Part shown: positions 27,338-43,085 of the stretch, in pieces | Layout of the letters: each line of letters starts with the position of its first letter | Position numbering within the stretch: position 1 is the first letter of the stretch | DNA from: Chrysomallon squamiferum | Taxonomy: Eukaryota > Animalia > Mollusca | Direction of reading: 5' to 3' | Assembly: GCA_012295275.1 (NCBI GenBank) | Contig: CM022666.1 | Coordinates: 5,456,001-5,520,000, forward strand | DNA: 64,000 nt | Translations under genes and position numbers: made by a program | Notes under the pieces: generated by a model | What the model saw: only the letters and a program-made list of their open reading frames with translations | Told to the model about the DNA's origin: nothing | Databases searched by the model: none

Positions 27338-29601
27338 ACATGGATATTAGTAAAAGTAAATATTGTCTTTCACAATCACTGGTTCTTACCTCTCTTCGAG
27401 TCAAATCAAGGGGAGGTAATCCATGCTGCGAAACAGCGAAAACGTCAAAGCGGGGTGAAGGGAAATTCAGTGACAGCGTTCTGTGTGATATTCAGTTTGA
27501 TGTTTGTGGTTGATATTTTGTTGTTTGCTCATCGGATGGCCAAGACAATCTCGTTCGCTAAGCTTCTCCTGTACGGGTACCTGAGTATGTGGATTATAAG
27601 GAAACAGGTAATTAATTATTTGTTTATGGACACTTCAGTGCATATTATTATTAGTAATTAATGAAAGATATTTAATTTTTTATTGAAGTTGTAACACATT
27701 TATTGTGTATGATTAGGTCAAAGATATGTAAATTAATTTTTTTAATAATAATAATAAATAATAATAATAAATAATATAATTGATGATGATTAATAACAAC
27801 AACAACAACAACATTTATAATACTACTACTACTAATAACAGGTAGTAATGGTTTTATTTTGATGAAATTATTTTTTATATCATTTATTTTAATACGTAAT
27901 TTGATCATTCAATTAGTCAACAACAACAACATTTACTAAATTACTACTACTACTACTATAACAGGTTGACATTTTATTAGTTGAGCCATTTTATTATTTA
28001 TTTTTTACTACTACTGTTAAATTTATTTTTATATTAGATATTTTAATTGCGTAATTTGCTCATTCTCATTATTATTAAGTCTTATTATTATTACTAATAT
28101 ATTATATTTTATTATTATTATTATTAGTTGTAGTAGTAGTAGTGTTATAGTTTAGTTGTTGTTATAGTGTTGTTTGTTGTTGTTGTTTGTTTATTTACAT
28201 ACACTATTAGTCACCCAGTATTTCTATAATACAAACTATGAATTATCTTGACAGCTGATGATGAAGGTGATGACGATGATGTATTTAGAGAGAAAAACTG
28301 AAAAACCTAAAACTCTGTTTGAAAATATTCGACTACGTGTTAAGAAATTCTGTATTCAGGTGAGTATTACGTTTACCTGTCTCCGCATATATATATATAT
28401 CAGAGAATGCTAAGGAAGACAACTCTTTCATACTCAAGGACCTTTATCTCAAGAAAAGCTTGTTGTTGCTATTGTTGTTAATGTAATATCACTATTATTA
28501 TTATTATTATTATTTATTGTTGTTATTTATAACTATTGTTATTGTACCATTGTTGTTGATGAACTATTTTCGCAGTTAATATTTTGTTTCAGTTTTAGTT
28601 TTCATCTAAACACTTTTTATATCAAATGCTGTTGTCACTGTAGTTGTGTGTCTCCTTGTTTATGGCGGTGTACACGTGTCAGACGTTGTGCTAACCAAGC
28701 AAAGTTTCAAAAGACTGGGTCTCCATCACGATATGGTAAGTGTGATCTGTGAGTTTATTTATTTATTTTTAAATACTTTTTTTTAATCCATATGTAACTG
28801 GAAATGAAACAAAAGTTACAGAATTACGTAATTTGAACATCCAGGATACAGTATTATTCCAGTACAGTACATACCATGTAATTTATATATCCAGGTAGGG
28901 ATACATTATTAAAGATTAATAGAGTACAGTACTTACCATGTAATTTATGTATCCGGGGATAGATAGAAAATGAAAGAATTTAACAAGTCATGACAGAGAG
29001 TTTTATCAAATATAATTTTAAAACTGTAAGTGCATTTGTCTTAGTTGTGTTTATGTGAGAACTCAGATTATATTTGTACATATCTGAGTGTTTAACAACC
29101 TTAAAAACACTAATAGAAGTAATATGTTTTCTTATATTTGTTTAAATTTTAATTATCTGTTTTTATAATTTACTTAATTTACTGGATCTACATAAGAAGG
29201 TAAATTATTTCTGTCTAAGATGGTCTCTTGAATATTAATATTCTTTTAATTTCAGTTGTAAAGAATATTTTATTTGTTTGTTTGTGTTCATTATAGTTAG
29301 TTTATTGTTATCATTATTAGTTAAACTATTGATTTATTAAATTAATTAATGAATATTTTTTGTGTATAGTTTTATTTAATTTATAGTTGTTATTATTTAA
29401 TTACTTATCCTTATTAATTATTAATGAATTAATTATACATATATATTTTATTTCTTTCATACATATATATGAACTAAACTTATTCCATGAAATTAATTCT
29501 TTTTTTTACTTTCTCTCTTTTCATCTTTTAACAGATCTGGTTTTGTCAGGCTAAGAATAATTTTTGAAACCAGCGAGGATCAGACAATGAAAGATACATG
29601 A
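27338..29601 (+). pseudogene. Decayed multi-exon gene for an unidentified multi-pass membrane protein (exons A, B, C, E)
   Basis: A ends 27607 (..AFCVIFSLMFVVDILLFAHRMAKTISFAKLLLYGY, frameshift); B about 28255-28359; C about 28610-28734 (acceptor damaged); E 29535-29601 (SGFVRLRIIFETSEDQTMKDT*). Confidence 0.65.
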
Positions 29602-31839
29602 AAAGAAATTAATTAAAAAACCTAAAAATATTACATTCTCATAAGTAAGAACAAAGGTTGTCATGGTCATCATCCTACATCATCATTCAGATTTTCACTG
29701 TCAACATCATTATTCAGAATTTTACTGTCTACATCATCATTCAAAAATTCAGTGTCAACTTCATCGTTCATAATTTTATTGTCTACATCATCATCCAGAA
29801 TTTTATTAACAAAATAATCACTGATAGTCCTCATCATTCACAAAAGATGGACTCTGCTTCTGGTTTTATTTACTATTATTTTAGGTTTTACTCACATTAT
29901 ACAATGGATGTTCTTGTACAATAGATGTTCTATGTACAATGGATGTTCTTGTATAATGGATGTTCTGTGTACAATGTATGTTCTTGTACACTGGATATTC
30001 TTTGTACAGTGGATGTTCTAGTACAGTTGATATTCTATGTAAAATTGGCATTCTTCTGCAGTGGATGTTCTTTTTACAGTGATTTTTCTACAGACTATGT
30101 CCTGTGTAAAAAGATGATCTTGTACAGATGTTCTGTATACACTACACATTGATGCTCAAGTACAGTAGATGTTCAGTGTACAGTGAATGTTCTTGTTTGG
30201 TAGATGTTCTGTACAGAATTGATGTTCTGCTGTAGACGTTTTTGTACAGCTGATATGCTAAACATGTACATCTATGGATGTTGTAAATATAATTAATGTT
30301 AAATGATAATGAAAACTCCATGCATAGTGGTTTTTCTTTGTACAGTGAATACGTAATGTATGTACTACTGATGGTCTGTGTTCTGAAAATCTGTACAGTG
30401 GATGTTCTACAAACAGTGAATGTGTTCTAGGGATGTTCTATGTAAAATAAATGCGTAATGTATTCAGTGAATAACTATTTACATATTGATTTTCTCTATA
30501 AAATGACTGTTAAAAGTTAAATGTTCATTGATTGGGTTATAATGAATAATACAAGTTAAGTGGATGTTCCTTATACAGTATGTACTCATGCATTGAAATT
30601 ATCAGAGTAATAAATGTTTATATAGATGTTAAAACTAAAATGTCATGAAAAATTTTGATTTTTCAGAACAAGAAACATTTTTAGAAGCATTTCACAATCA
30701 TAAATACTATTATTAATAATTTTATTATCATCGTGATCATTAATTTTATTATCACTATCATCATCATAATTACTACTACTGCTACTACTATTAGTATAAC
30801 TAAATAATTAATATTATTAGTATTATTCTTACTACTACTACTACTATTTATATTAGTGCTGCTGCTGCTACTACTACTGCTATTTTATTTATCATCATCA
30901 TCATTATTATTGTTTGATGTTGACATTGTTGTTAAATGAAGACTACAGTGATACCTCTTGTCACGTATTCATTATTTTTATTACTTGAATATTTACTTTA
31001 AAAGAAATACAAATGTCTTGTTCTGAATTTGTGATTTTCTTCCTTTCTTTTGTTTTCTTTTTTTTTTTCTTTTTTCTTTTTTTAATGTTCTACACCATTC
31101 AGTGACATCATTTAAATTTTTACTTTGTAAAGCAAAATGTGTAACTTTATAGACAGTATGTTAGATATTGCTGTTATATAACAATGTACATATCACATAC
31201 TTATATAGATACACCTACATGCGTGCAATACATACACACACACACATACACACACACACACACACACAATCACATATATCATGATCCGAGCAATGTTGAT
31301 AAATAGCTGTTTGCTAAGCGGGGCAGGTCATACAAAATGCACGGCCCTCGTATTTACGACCTACAATGACATCGCAGGCTGGGAAATGTATAGCTATCTT
31401 CGACTGCCCCGATATCGTATTTCTCAATGTTCACAACTTGTTTCAGTGACTCAGTTACTGCTACCTCTAGTCTATATAAACACGCTGAACAACTGACACA
31501 ATTTTCGATTGACTGAACCACGCGTGTCAGTGTCTGTTGTAAGTCACAGAATAAAAGCAGTCTGATATTTCGCGTGCCCTAACTCTTGTCAATACGCCTG
31601 CGCATGGATTCATGAAAGTCAAAAGCTAAATTTATATTAACTAAATTTACATAATTGTACGTGTGTACAGAATGACTTTAGATGTACACATAATTTTACG
31701 TCACATATCACATAATAGTTCCCTCATTGTCGAAACGTGAACAGAATTTTAACATTAACTTCGTTGTTTTTTTCTTTAAACCTCCAGACCAAAGCAGCCT
31801 TCCTTCCTAGTATCCCTTTTTGGTGCTCAGTATTGAAGA

Positions 31840-31973
<134 letters not shown>

Positions 31974-32997
31974 TGTGCTGTATTCAGTGAACAAAATATT
32001 TATATATTACTGATTTTCTATATAAATTGACTGATGAAAGTTAAAAGTTCACTGATTAGTTTACAATGAATAATACAAGTTAAGTGGATGATCCAGTTAA
32101 AAAGGATTTTCTTTATACAGTATGTACTCATGCATTGAAATGATCAGAGTAATAAATGTTTATATATACGTTACATTTAAAATTTGATGTACAATTTTAA
32201 TAATAAACAATCTATTTAAAGCATTTTTTTTTGTTTTATCACAATAAGAATTTTCTTTTTATTAATATTATGATTATTAATTTTATTATGTCCATCATCA
32301 TCATCATCATCATCATTAATTTTATTATGACTATCATAATTATCATTAACTTTATTACCACTATCATCTTCATCATTATAACTACTGTTATATTATTACT
32401 ATATAATCATGATTACTAGTATTATTCTTTCAGTATAAATACAGAAAAATAAATAACTTTATAGATCATAGATATTAAACAAACAGTAAATCATTTACAA
32501 ATCAATTTATACAAATACATTAAGAAATAATTATATGCCACTCATTTGTGGGTTTTGTGTTCATTTAAAATATCGTGTTTTCTTTCTAAAGTTATTGTCT
32601 TCCGTTTCGTTTTATCATCAGCATATCTATTCGTGATACATAGACTACATGTTTTCCTCATTTTGTTTATGGCTTAGTTGACACAGGAATAGAAGTTACG
32701 CTGTACTCTTTATTTAACAATAACGACAAAAGCAGCCACAACAACAACAACAACTATTATTACTACCACAACTACAACAACTACTATTACTACTACTATT
32801 ATAGCAATAACTACTATAATATGTAGCTTATTGATGAACAATACAAACAAACAAAAAAAAATACATGTAATAACTTTGCTCATATTATTCATAGTATATT
32901 AATTGACTATACGAAATCTATAGCGAAAAATTAAAAACGACAGAAGAAAAAACATTATGTAATAAACTTAAATAATTCAGACGACATTTACTCTTAG

Positions 32998-33234
32998 CCA
33001 ATCAAAAACGATCGAGTGAGCTGGTAGAGAATATGATACGATCTTTTCAATATGCTTGACTGATATCTACATACAGCTTGGGTGGAAAGCCCAGTACCCG
33101 AAGAAAATTATTTTTCTCTGAACGGAGGTAGACGACGTCATACGACTTTTTCAAAGTAGCTGGTATAAAAATCAACGAAGCCTGTCATAGAGCGTAGACG
33201 TGCTTCACGTGAACACAGAGGCAGCCTAATTGAG
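32998..33234 (+). promoter_or_regulatory. Promoter and non-coding exon 1 of TNF copy 3
   Basis: CCAAT 32998, GGAAAGCCC 33084-33092, CRE-like CGACGTCA 33133-33140, TATAAAAA 33164, donor GTATGT 33235. Confidence 0.6.
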
Positions 33235-33249
33235 GTATGTAGATGTTTT

Positions 33250-33695
33250 ACTTATTTCATAGGTTATATATATTTATATAAAATTATAATTTCACTTACT
33301 TCATAGCATATATATATTTATGTAGAATTATAATTTCATTTATTTGATAGGTTATATATATTTATATAAAATTATAATTTCACTGATTTCATAGATTATA
33401 TATATTTATATAAAGTATAATTTCACTCATTTCACAGGTTATATTTAATTATATAAAATTATATTTTCACTTATTTCGTAGGTTATATATATTTATATAA
33501 AATTATAATTTCACTTATTTCATAGGTTATGTATATTTATATAAAATTTGAATTTCAGTTATTTCATAGGTTATATATATATATTTATATAAAATTATAA
33601 TTTCAGTTATTTCATTGATTATATATATTTATATAAAAGTATTATTTCACTTATTTCATAGGTTATATATATTTATATAAAATTATAATTTCACT
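33250..33695. repeat. About 44-bp minisatellite (about 10 copies)
   Basis: Same unit. Confidence 0.9.
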
Positions 33696-35004
33696 ATGCT
33701 GTTTAGGATTTATGCACGCCCTAATTTCATGTGTATAATATAATATTAAGTGATATTACACCGAAAATGTGCACCTTAATGTACCAGTTCATTTTGCTGT
33801 TTAGGATTTTTCCACGCCCTAATTTCATTTGTATAATATTAAGTGATATTATCTTAATTTGAAAAAAAAAAAAAAAAAGAATCCCCGTAAGGTCGATACG
33901 GTCTGGCTTGTCAAATTTGTCCGCTGAACGTAGAACTTTCCGCTATTAAGCCCTACCCGAGTTCACCGAGTGTTGTTGTTTGTTTTTTAATTTTTCACAA
34001 TAAAAACACATTTTAGTGATTTAATTAAACCATCAAAATCTATCGAGCCCGAACTGTTTTCTAACTTCTTAGAAAAATAAGATGTTTTGGCTGTAGGATA
34101 CTGGAAACGAGCCATTATCGCCTTCATTAGTCACGTGATCAAAATACTGCGTCTTGATTGGATATTTATTCCACTTCACGGTATTGAGTATTTGTTGCGC
34201 GCTTTGCTAACTCAAACTGTTTTTCACTTACTTTCATTTTGTTACATTGTCTTCATTCTTGTAAAGTTACATCTTTGATTGACAATCTACAATCACAGTT
34301 TTGTCTATACATTTGTTTTAAGAGAAAAAACAATATATATATTTCTAATTATTTCTTTAAAATCCTACCTCTTTCCAGTGATATAAATAACTTCGTACGA
34401 AAAGCTCTACTCCTTACACTACTCAACAATTGGAAACAAATTTTGTGACATCAGATTCCAAGGTCTTTATTAGGAGGATTATCTGTTCTATTAGACATCG
34501 CTGTGCTGTCATATTGGATTTCAGTGGTGAGTATTTGTACACAGTGGCTTACAAGGCATTCACTGAAAATTGATAAATCAGGCCTCGCATTTTCAAAAGA
34601 GAAACTTTTGCTTTTTTTTTTGTTTGTTTTTTTGACATCACATAGGAACATTATCGATGTAAATATATCTTGGTATTTTTTTCTTTTTCTTTTTTTTTTC
34701 TTTGAAAGAATATTATATAGAACTATATGTACGTGTATATATTCTGTGTGAATTTGTCTTGGTAATATTTATTATTTATTTATTTATATATCCATTTTTT
34801 GAAAGTTTATATTTGTGTGTATGTATAAGTGTATGTTTTCGGTTTGCTGAAATAATGTGTTATATAAGTGTGCGTATATTGTGACTGTGTACGTGTGCGT
34901 GTGTGTGTATTTATCTTGGTATTATTTATTACTAATAATATTTTGTTTTCTTTTGGTCATGTTTTATAGATTACTTCTAAAGGAATTAAAAGTTGTTACA
35001 CAAA

Positions 35005-36876
35005 ATGAAATCAGTTCTTCCGGCCATTGCCATTTCTCTTATGGTACTAAACTTCATCCTCATCAGTTTCAATGTATCACTAACATTAAACGAATTTCGG
35101 AACATAGAAACCAACTTGTTGTTTGACAAGGAACTGTGTATGAAAATCTCGTGCAAACCAGGAGAAAACTGTTGTGATGACAAATCTACGAACAGAACCA
35201 TGAACAATACCACGTATTGCTGTTACAGAGATGGAGAAAAAGTGATCAGTGAACTTATGAAAAAGGTAAATTCTGTATTTAATTCTAAAAACTTATATTC
35301 CATAAATACATTAAATGAAAAAAAAAAATTGTTTTCTGTAGATATGAAATTAAGAAAGAGGGTAATTCTCTTTAAAAATAATAAAAATTAAATTCTTTAT
35401 AAATGAAATAATAATATTTGAAGTATGAAAAGGAGAAATTAATAGTGCTGAAAAATATTTATAAATTTAAAATTGTTTATTAGGGACAAGTTTCAAAATG
35501 ATGATTAACATTTTTTTAGAACCTGAGTGAGATTCACAGAAAAGCTGAGAAAAGTGGTAAGTTAACATACACCTATACACACAGAAATACATAAAAACAC
35601 AAAGTCGCAGAAACACAGACTCACACAAGAAAAGTCATGAACACGTACATACAGAATCACAAACAGACAAACATACAGAAAAAGACCCACACAGAAAAGG
35701 TACATTGAGGCACGCACATTTAAATATCCACAAAAGTTTTTATAATTATGTATTTGTATGTACGTGCAGTCTATGTACAGTCTATATATGTAAAGATGTA
35801 AACATGTACAAGTGTATATTTATGTATATGTGTGTGTTTCAGAACCAAAACTTAAGCAGATCAGAGATGTCGCTGAGCTTTTGAATTTAGATAATAAAAA
35901 CAGTGTGTACGAATCTATGTATGTATGAATCTATATATTTATACAGGTATCAGTAGTTTACATGTGTCTGTATGTATATATATATTTATATTTCAGAACA
36001 AAAACTGACGCAGATCAAAGAGGTCGCTGATCGTCTGAATAATGAAAACAGTGTGAAGACGTCGGCTCATCTACAAATGGAAGTGAATGCAACATATGAC
36101 AAAGGTAAGAACACAAATAGTAGTAGCAGTGGTAGCAGTAGTAGTAGTAGTAGTAGTAATAGAGTAGTAGTAATAGTAGTAGTAGAGAAACAGTAGTAGT
36201 AGTAGTAGAGTAGTAGTATTGGTAGCAGAGTAATTGTACTCTGTTAAAAGAGGAGATTTGGTAATAAATGTGGTAGTAGTAAAATAGAAGTAATAGTAGC
36301 AGTAGTTATTTAAGACGTTGTCTGGTAAAATGAGTAGTAGTTGTAGCCTCTTAGTTATTAGTAGTAGAAATTGTGATAACATTAGTGTTAGCAGTGATAA
36401 TATCAGTTATTGTAGCAAAGTAGTTAATAGCAGGAGTGTGTAGTAGTTATAGAAATATATTAGTAATACTAGCTATAAACTTTTCAGACATACCGAAGCC
36501 TCTCATCAAATGGACGTCGTCTGGTAAAAGATCGTTTGTAAAAGGAGCTGCTGCTGTTGTCGCTGACGGGATTCAAGTCAAAGAATCTGGTCTCTACTTC
36601 ATATACAGCAACGTTTTATTCCATGCCAACCAAGTCAGAGAGCTAGAATACGCTAGACTGTGCCACTCAGTTGAAAAATATCCAGATTATGTCGTCCTCT
36701 ACAGAAATCCTCAAACAACATGTAAAGTACGAAGATATCAGGAAGGTTTTGTTACTTCTTACATTGGAGGTGTTTACTACGTGAAAGCCAACGACACTGT
36801 AGTGGTGAGAACATCAGTTGTGAACAGAATTTTGAGAGATCCTGAGACAACCTACTTTGGCTTGTATTTGGTTTGA
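35005..36876 (+). CDS. TNF superfamily ligand, copy 3 (264 aa)
   Basis: Exons 35005-35265, 35520-35556, 35997-36104, 36488-36876; has canonical GLYFIYSNVLF strand C. Confidence 0.92.
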
Positions 36877-37883
36877 GAGGACTGAATTATAATTGGCAAT
36901 ATATATATATATATTTGGGGTTTTTTTTGTTGTGTTTCTTTAGATTAATGTTTCTCAGAAGTAACAAATAACCTTGTTGAAGAACTGAGCTTTTCGCCCA
37001 GGCTGTAAATAGTTCATCAAAATCAACAGACTAAGCGGACCGGATAGGAACATTGCTCATCTTACAAAAAAACTTCATTTTTCATTAATGAACCATTTTT
37101 ACTACAGAAAAACATACGAGTAAGAGCTGCTTTGGAGACAGGAACTTTTTTCTCTTTGTTCGGTAAAAAGACATTTTCTATAAAAAAATGTTGGAGTCGT
37201 GGTTTATTATTATCACTGATATCAACATGACTGGAATCGCTGCTGGCTTGTACTTTATGAAGAAATTAGGACAAAACACCCATAGAAATGAATCCTTGAA
37301 AAGCTTAATGTATTCAATAGGAATATGTACCTATTTTCTCTAAATAACAGACATTCATATCAAATAAATAATTTCAAATTTGCAAAAGTAATAATATCAG
37401 TCTCTAATTTATTCATCTGATTATATGAGAAAAATAAATAAATAAAAATGAGCGTGCAGTTCACGAAACCACGCAGTTTGTTCAGGACTGATTTGTATCA
37501 CTGGATCCTGAGATCATGAATACTAACAAGTAACAGATCATTTTATGTTACTTGCCTCCAATAACAATATTACAAAATATATTTACAACATATACACACA
37601 GACACATACACTTACATATATTTATTATTTAAAACGTTTTTTTATACTTTAATAACATTCTTTGGACAGTTGCCAGTGTTTTGAATAATAACATATTAAC
37701 ACTATATGGTTAGTTTGTTTCAAACTCCTTGAAGATTTCCGAGAAGTAATGAATATTAACTGGGCTTTCCACCCAAGCTATAAATAGTTGTCAGTTCACT
37801 AGCTGAAGTTGTCAACCGTATTCTATTAGACGGATTTAAAAAGTATGAATGCTTTATTATTTTTAAGAATAAATAACTTGTGG

Positions 37884-37918
<35 letters not shown>

Positions 37919-37953
37919 GAAAATGAATATGAACACCGATACTTTATTATTGA

Positions 37954-37992
<39 letters not shown>

Positions 37993-39603
37993 TTTTTAGG
38001 TCGGTTCATTAAGAAAGCAGTAACTAGGTCACGAATGCCATTTGCAAGACAGTGCACGCATTCATTAGAGCTTTTAAAAAATGTGTGTGTGTGCGTGCGT
38101 GTGTGTTTCTTAAGATCAAGGTTTCTGAGAAATAATAAATAACATTCTTCTAGAACTGAGGCTATAAATAGTTCGACATAATCAGTAATAAATAAAGTTT
38201 GTAAAACAACAAAGATACAAAAATATAATAATTTTTTTTTTTTTTAAAGGATACAAATATAATTCATTAAATAAATGATAAAATCTATATAAAAATAAAA
38301 AATGCTTAAAATTAAAGTAAAAGAGAATGTATAAGAGCATATGTGTGCGCGCACACAGTATGATAGTAAGTGACATATTTGTATTGTTTTGTCATACAAT
38401 TAAATGCAAAGATTAACTAAACTGACATAATAGTACTTACCTGTGTATAAAATGACTTTGTAGATGTTCCACAATTCATGTTTACCAAACTTAATTCTTT
38501 TTATTCAGAAAAGTTGAATAACTTTACATATAAAAATGTTCTTAGCTGTATATCGCCATTTTAACGCGTCACTAACTGAACTGCGCATGTCAGTGTCTGT
38601 TCTAGGTCACCAGCATGACCTAACTGTTGTTAATACACAAGCGCATGGATTCAAGAAACCTAAATTTATATCACGTGATAGTTCCTCTTGAAAACTTATG
38701 GAAAATTATGTCCTAGCCGTAAATAAAATGTATGAAAAACTGGTTTGTTTAACTAATATTTAGCCCCGACCCAACGCCCTGTTTTATCCAATATAATGAG
38801 GTGCCGTTATAGGCTATATTTCTGGCAATTTGTCTTACATGTCATCATAGCTATGTCCACTCCAAGAACAAAATCTGTTTAAAGACTGTTCCTGTAATAG
38901 TGTATTGAATTTTCTCTGTTTGTTTTCCAGATTAAAAACTTTTCGTTTCTTTCTCGTACTCTGTACTCTGACTCTGTGTCTCACTCAAACGCACGTACGC
39001 ACACACACACTAGGTGTTAAGAAATTCGACTAGGTGTTAAGAAATTCTGAAATTCTCTTTACGTTTTCCTTCTGAAAACTAATCTTTGTTTTCTCTTTGT
39101 GTTTAATAGTTTTCAGGTATTCTCGACTTTTGTACGTTTGAGAAAAACCTGTTTGCATGAACTTATAATAGAAAAGAAATTAGAAACAAAAACATTTCAT
39201 ATGAAAATGCTGTTGTCACTGTAGTTGTGTGTTTCCTTGTTTATCATCATTATTATCATCATCATCATCATCATTATTTATGTATGTATGTATATATGGA
39301 TGTGTCTAAGTGTATATATATATATTTCTGTCTGATATGTGTATCCATGGTTATATGTCCGTGTTTATTAATACATGAGTATTAGTTGTGCATATATATA
39401 TATATACTAAGGAAGATAACTCTTTAATACTCAAGGACCTTTATCTCAAAAAATGCTTGTTGTTAACGTAATATCATTATTATTAATATCTTTACTATTA
39501 TTGTTATTGCTGTTGATATTTATGGTTATTGTTATTGTAATTATTGTTGTTGATGAACTTTTTTCGCAGTTAATATTTTGTTTCAGTTTTAGTTTTCATC
39601 CAG

Positions 39604-39738
39604 GTATTCCAAACACATTTTATCCCAAATGCTGTTGTCACTGTAGTTGTGTGTCTCCTTGTTTATGGCGGTGTACACGTGTCAGAGGTTGTGCTAACCA
39701 AACAAAGTTTCTACAGACTGGGTCTCCATTATGATATG
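39604..39738 (+). pseudogene. Isolated exon C copy
   Basis: 135 nt, AG/GT intact, open frame. Confidence 0.6.
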
Positions 39739-40655
39739 GTAAGTGCTATCTGTGAGTTTATTTATTTATTTTTAAACACTTCTTCTTTAGTAGATCTCTT
39801 TTTACAATCCATATGTAACTGGAAATGAAACAAAAGTAACAGAATGACGTATTTTGAACATTCAGGATACAGTATTATTCCAGTACAGTACTTACCATGT
39901 AACTTATATATCCACGTAGGGATACATTATTAAAGATTAATAGAGTACAGTACATATCATGTAATTTATATATCCAGGTAGGAATACATTATTAAAGATT
40001 AATTGAGTACAGTACTTATCATTTAATTTATATTCCAAGGAAACAGTATTAAACATTAATAGATTCCAGTACACACCATGTATTTTATATATTCAGGGAG
40101 AAAGTATTAAAGATTATATAACAGAGAATACAGTACATCCATCCAGGGAAACGGTATGAAAGATTAATAAACTACATACCATATATATCCAGGGATTAAA
40201 GGTTAACAGAGTGCAGAACATACCATGTAATTTATATATCCAGGGATACAGTACTAAAGATTATATAATAGAGTACAATACATACCATGTAATTTATATA
40301 TCCAATGATTTAGCATTACATTTTATTCCAGTAAATACACAGATATAATTTATATATCGAAGAATATAATATTACAGATTCAGTATAGTAAATATTATGT
40401 ATCCTGTCTATCATCCTATGGTGTAGAGTTTACTGTGTATATATTAGTGTGTATATTAATAAAACCAGATTATTTTAGATAGCTTGTATCCTGTGTATCA
40501 TCCTATGGTGTAGAGTTTACTGTGTATATATTAGTGTGAATATTAATAAAACCAGATTATTTTAGATAGCTTGTATTCTGTGTATCATTTTATAAATGAG
40601 GTCCTATGTATAAATGAATACCTTAATGTGTATATCCAAGGATATAATATTAAAG

Positions 40656-43085
40656 CAGGGGTGGCCAAACTTTTTTACCAGAGGGCCAAATTTGCAACTT
40701 TCTTGCCACTGGAGGGCCGGATTAAATGAAATTTACGTAAAATTTGTCGTAACTGGTTGCCATCTTTATTAAAATATATATTATTGTAGTAGAATAACAA
40801 TAAATAACACCATCTTGTTTACACTTGTATTTAATAAAAGGTTTATATATCAATGAGATAAATGCAATTGTCCATAATTTTGAACAAGCCTTTTAAAGTC
40901 TGGAGTAAAACTAGTTGTCGAAACTTTCATAATTGCTTGTAAATTTGCATCTGACAATACTGATCTGTTTTTTGACTTTGTTTGATTTAAGCATGAAAAA
41001 GTCTGTTCACAAATATAAGTTGATCCAAATATACACAGCATCCTAGTAGCAAAACCTCGTAGATTGATAAACTTTTCAGCAGGCAAATATTTGAAAAATT
41101 CAAACAAAGGCATATTCCTAAACTTCATTTTCAGCTCATTATTAGCTTGTAGATCTATTAGTTCCAGCTGAAGAACATCAGGGGCTGTCTCAATTTCTGT
41201 ACTGAAGGGTGAAACAAGTATATTAAATGATGAATCCATTACTCTGAAGTCTGAAAATCTTCTTTGGAATTCTTGTTTCAAGATGCAGAGTTGATTGCTG
41301 TATTTTTCAGCAAGTTTACTATCTACTGTTGCCTTCCTTAGCAAAGCAAAATGAATAAAATTACATTCTGATATCTGTTTGGCAAAAAGTGAGAGCTTTG
41401 CCTCAAAAGCTTTTACTTTGGTGTACATATCATGCACAAATAATCCTTTTCCTTGCAATTCCAAATTTAGAGAATTGAGCTTTTCAAACATTTCAGTGGC
41501 AAACATAAAATCACAAAGCCAGTAATCATTTTTCATCTTCTCTATAAAATCACATTTCATTTGTTTGATATCAAGGAAAAGGAGAATTTCGTCTCTTAGT
41601 TCAAAGACTCTTCTTAGAACTTTCCCATGACTAAGCCACCGAACACTATTGTGATATAGCACATCTTTATATTCAGTCTCAATATCATCCAGTAATGTCT
41701 TGAATTGTCTGTGTGATAATGGTCTGGATCTGAGTAGATTAACTACTTCAACTACAGGACGTATCACATGATTAAAATCCAGAGCTGACTTGCATAAACT
41801 TTCTTGATGAATGATACAATGAAATTTCCATATTTCATGCTGAGGACAGTTTTCTTTAATCTTCTTTTGTAGGAGGCTAATCATGCCTTTGTTTTTTCCA
41901 GTTAGAGCAGGTGCACCGTCAGTAGTGATACTCACAAATTTATTCCACGGCAGGCCAGCCTCCTCCACACACTTTATTACACATTTACACAGGTCTTCCC
42001 CCGTAGTTGTGCCTTTTAAAGGTTCAACTGATAACAACTCCTCTGAAATTGTAAAATCTGACTTGATACCACGTATAAATATTATGAGTTGTGCAATGTC
42101 CTGAACATCATTGCTTTCATCCAGAGCTAATGAAAACCACATGAAATCAGTGCAAGCAGTGTGAAGCTGTTGGGACAAATCTTTGCTGATATCTTGTACC
42201 CTTCTCATAACTGTATTCCTTGATAGTGCAATATTCTCAAATTTATTCTGTGCTTCTGGACAAAGTATGCGTGCCGCATCCACAATGCAGTCTTTTACAA
42301 ATTCTCCATCAGAAAAAGGTTTTTTGCATTGTGCAATTTTGTAACTAATATAAAAACTAGCTTCTGTTGCTGAAATGTGAATGGATTGTGTCTTTGAAAA
42401 AAGCTACTGTTGCTTTATTAGATTGTTCACCATATCAGCAGCTTTATTAACCTTTTGCTCTGTTGATAGTCCTTCACTGTATCCAGCGTGTTTTGTATTA
42501 TAGTGTCTTTTCAAATTATATTCTTTAAAAACTGATATTCCCTCATTACAAATTAAACACGCTGCTTTCCCATTTACCGCAGTGAAAAATATTGATATGT
42601 CCATTCCTCCTTAAAACTCGGCATTCATCATCTACTTTTCTTTTTTCGTTGGAGAGCATTTTAACTGATAAGGTAGAGAAAAAAATAAAATTATTGCTGC
42701 TTCTGAGAAGAAAATCCAATGTGCGTATTGTCTCTTACATGCTCAGTAAAATACTGAAAGTCAAAGCTGGAACAATTAACTTCCTGATTTCTTACAAAGT
42801 AGGCTAGTAGGCCAAAGGGATATGAAAAAGAGCACATACAGGCTATGTTAGCTACTTACGTCATGGTTGGCAGACTGTTCTAAAAATAACGCTGCAAGGG
42901 CATTTATTCTAAAAATAACAACGCTTGCCACAAGCTACTGCTAGTAGCAGCCAGCGCTGTTGCACTGCTTGTTCACAGTGGTAAATATGGTGCTTGGAAA
43001 AAAACAAGGCAAGGTGTTTGGCGGGCCGGATGAAACAGGACTGGGGGCCGGATGCGGCCCGCGGGCCGTAGTTTGGCCACCACTG
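40656..43085 (-). mobile_element. Full-length hAT DNA transposon, Buster/SPIN (GTF2IRD2-like) group, 2430 bp
   Basis: TIRs CAGGGGTGGCCAAACT / AGTTTGGCCACCACTG (1 mismatch); 8-bp TSD TATTAAAG at 40648-40655 and 43086-43093; empty paralogous site at 26208-26215. Confidence 0.96.
40850..42659 (-). pseudogene. hAT transposase (about 600 aa), N-terminus disrupted
   Basis: KRKVDDECRV start, BED-like CLIC...LKRHY-x3-H, LALDES, TTDGAP, CIIH, RWLS, YICEQTFS. Two apparent 1-nt losses in T-runs near 42585-42617 and in-frame TAG at 42404-42406. The C-terminal 477 codons are open. Confidence 0.9.
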
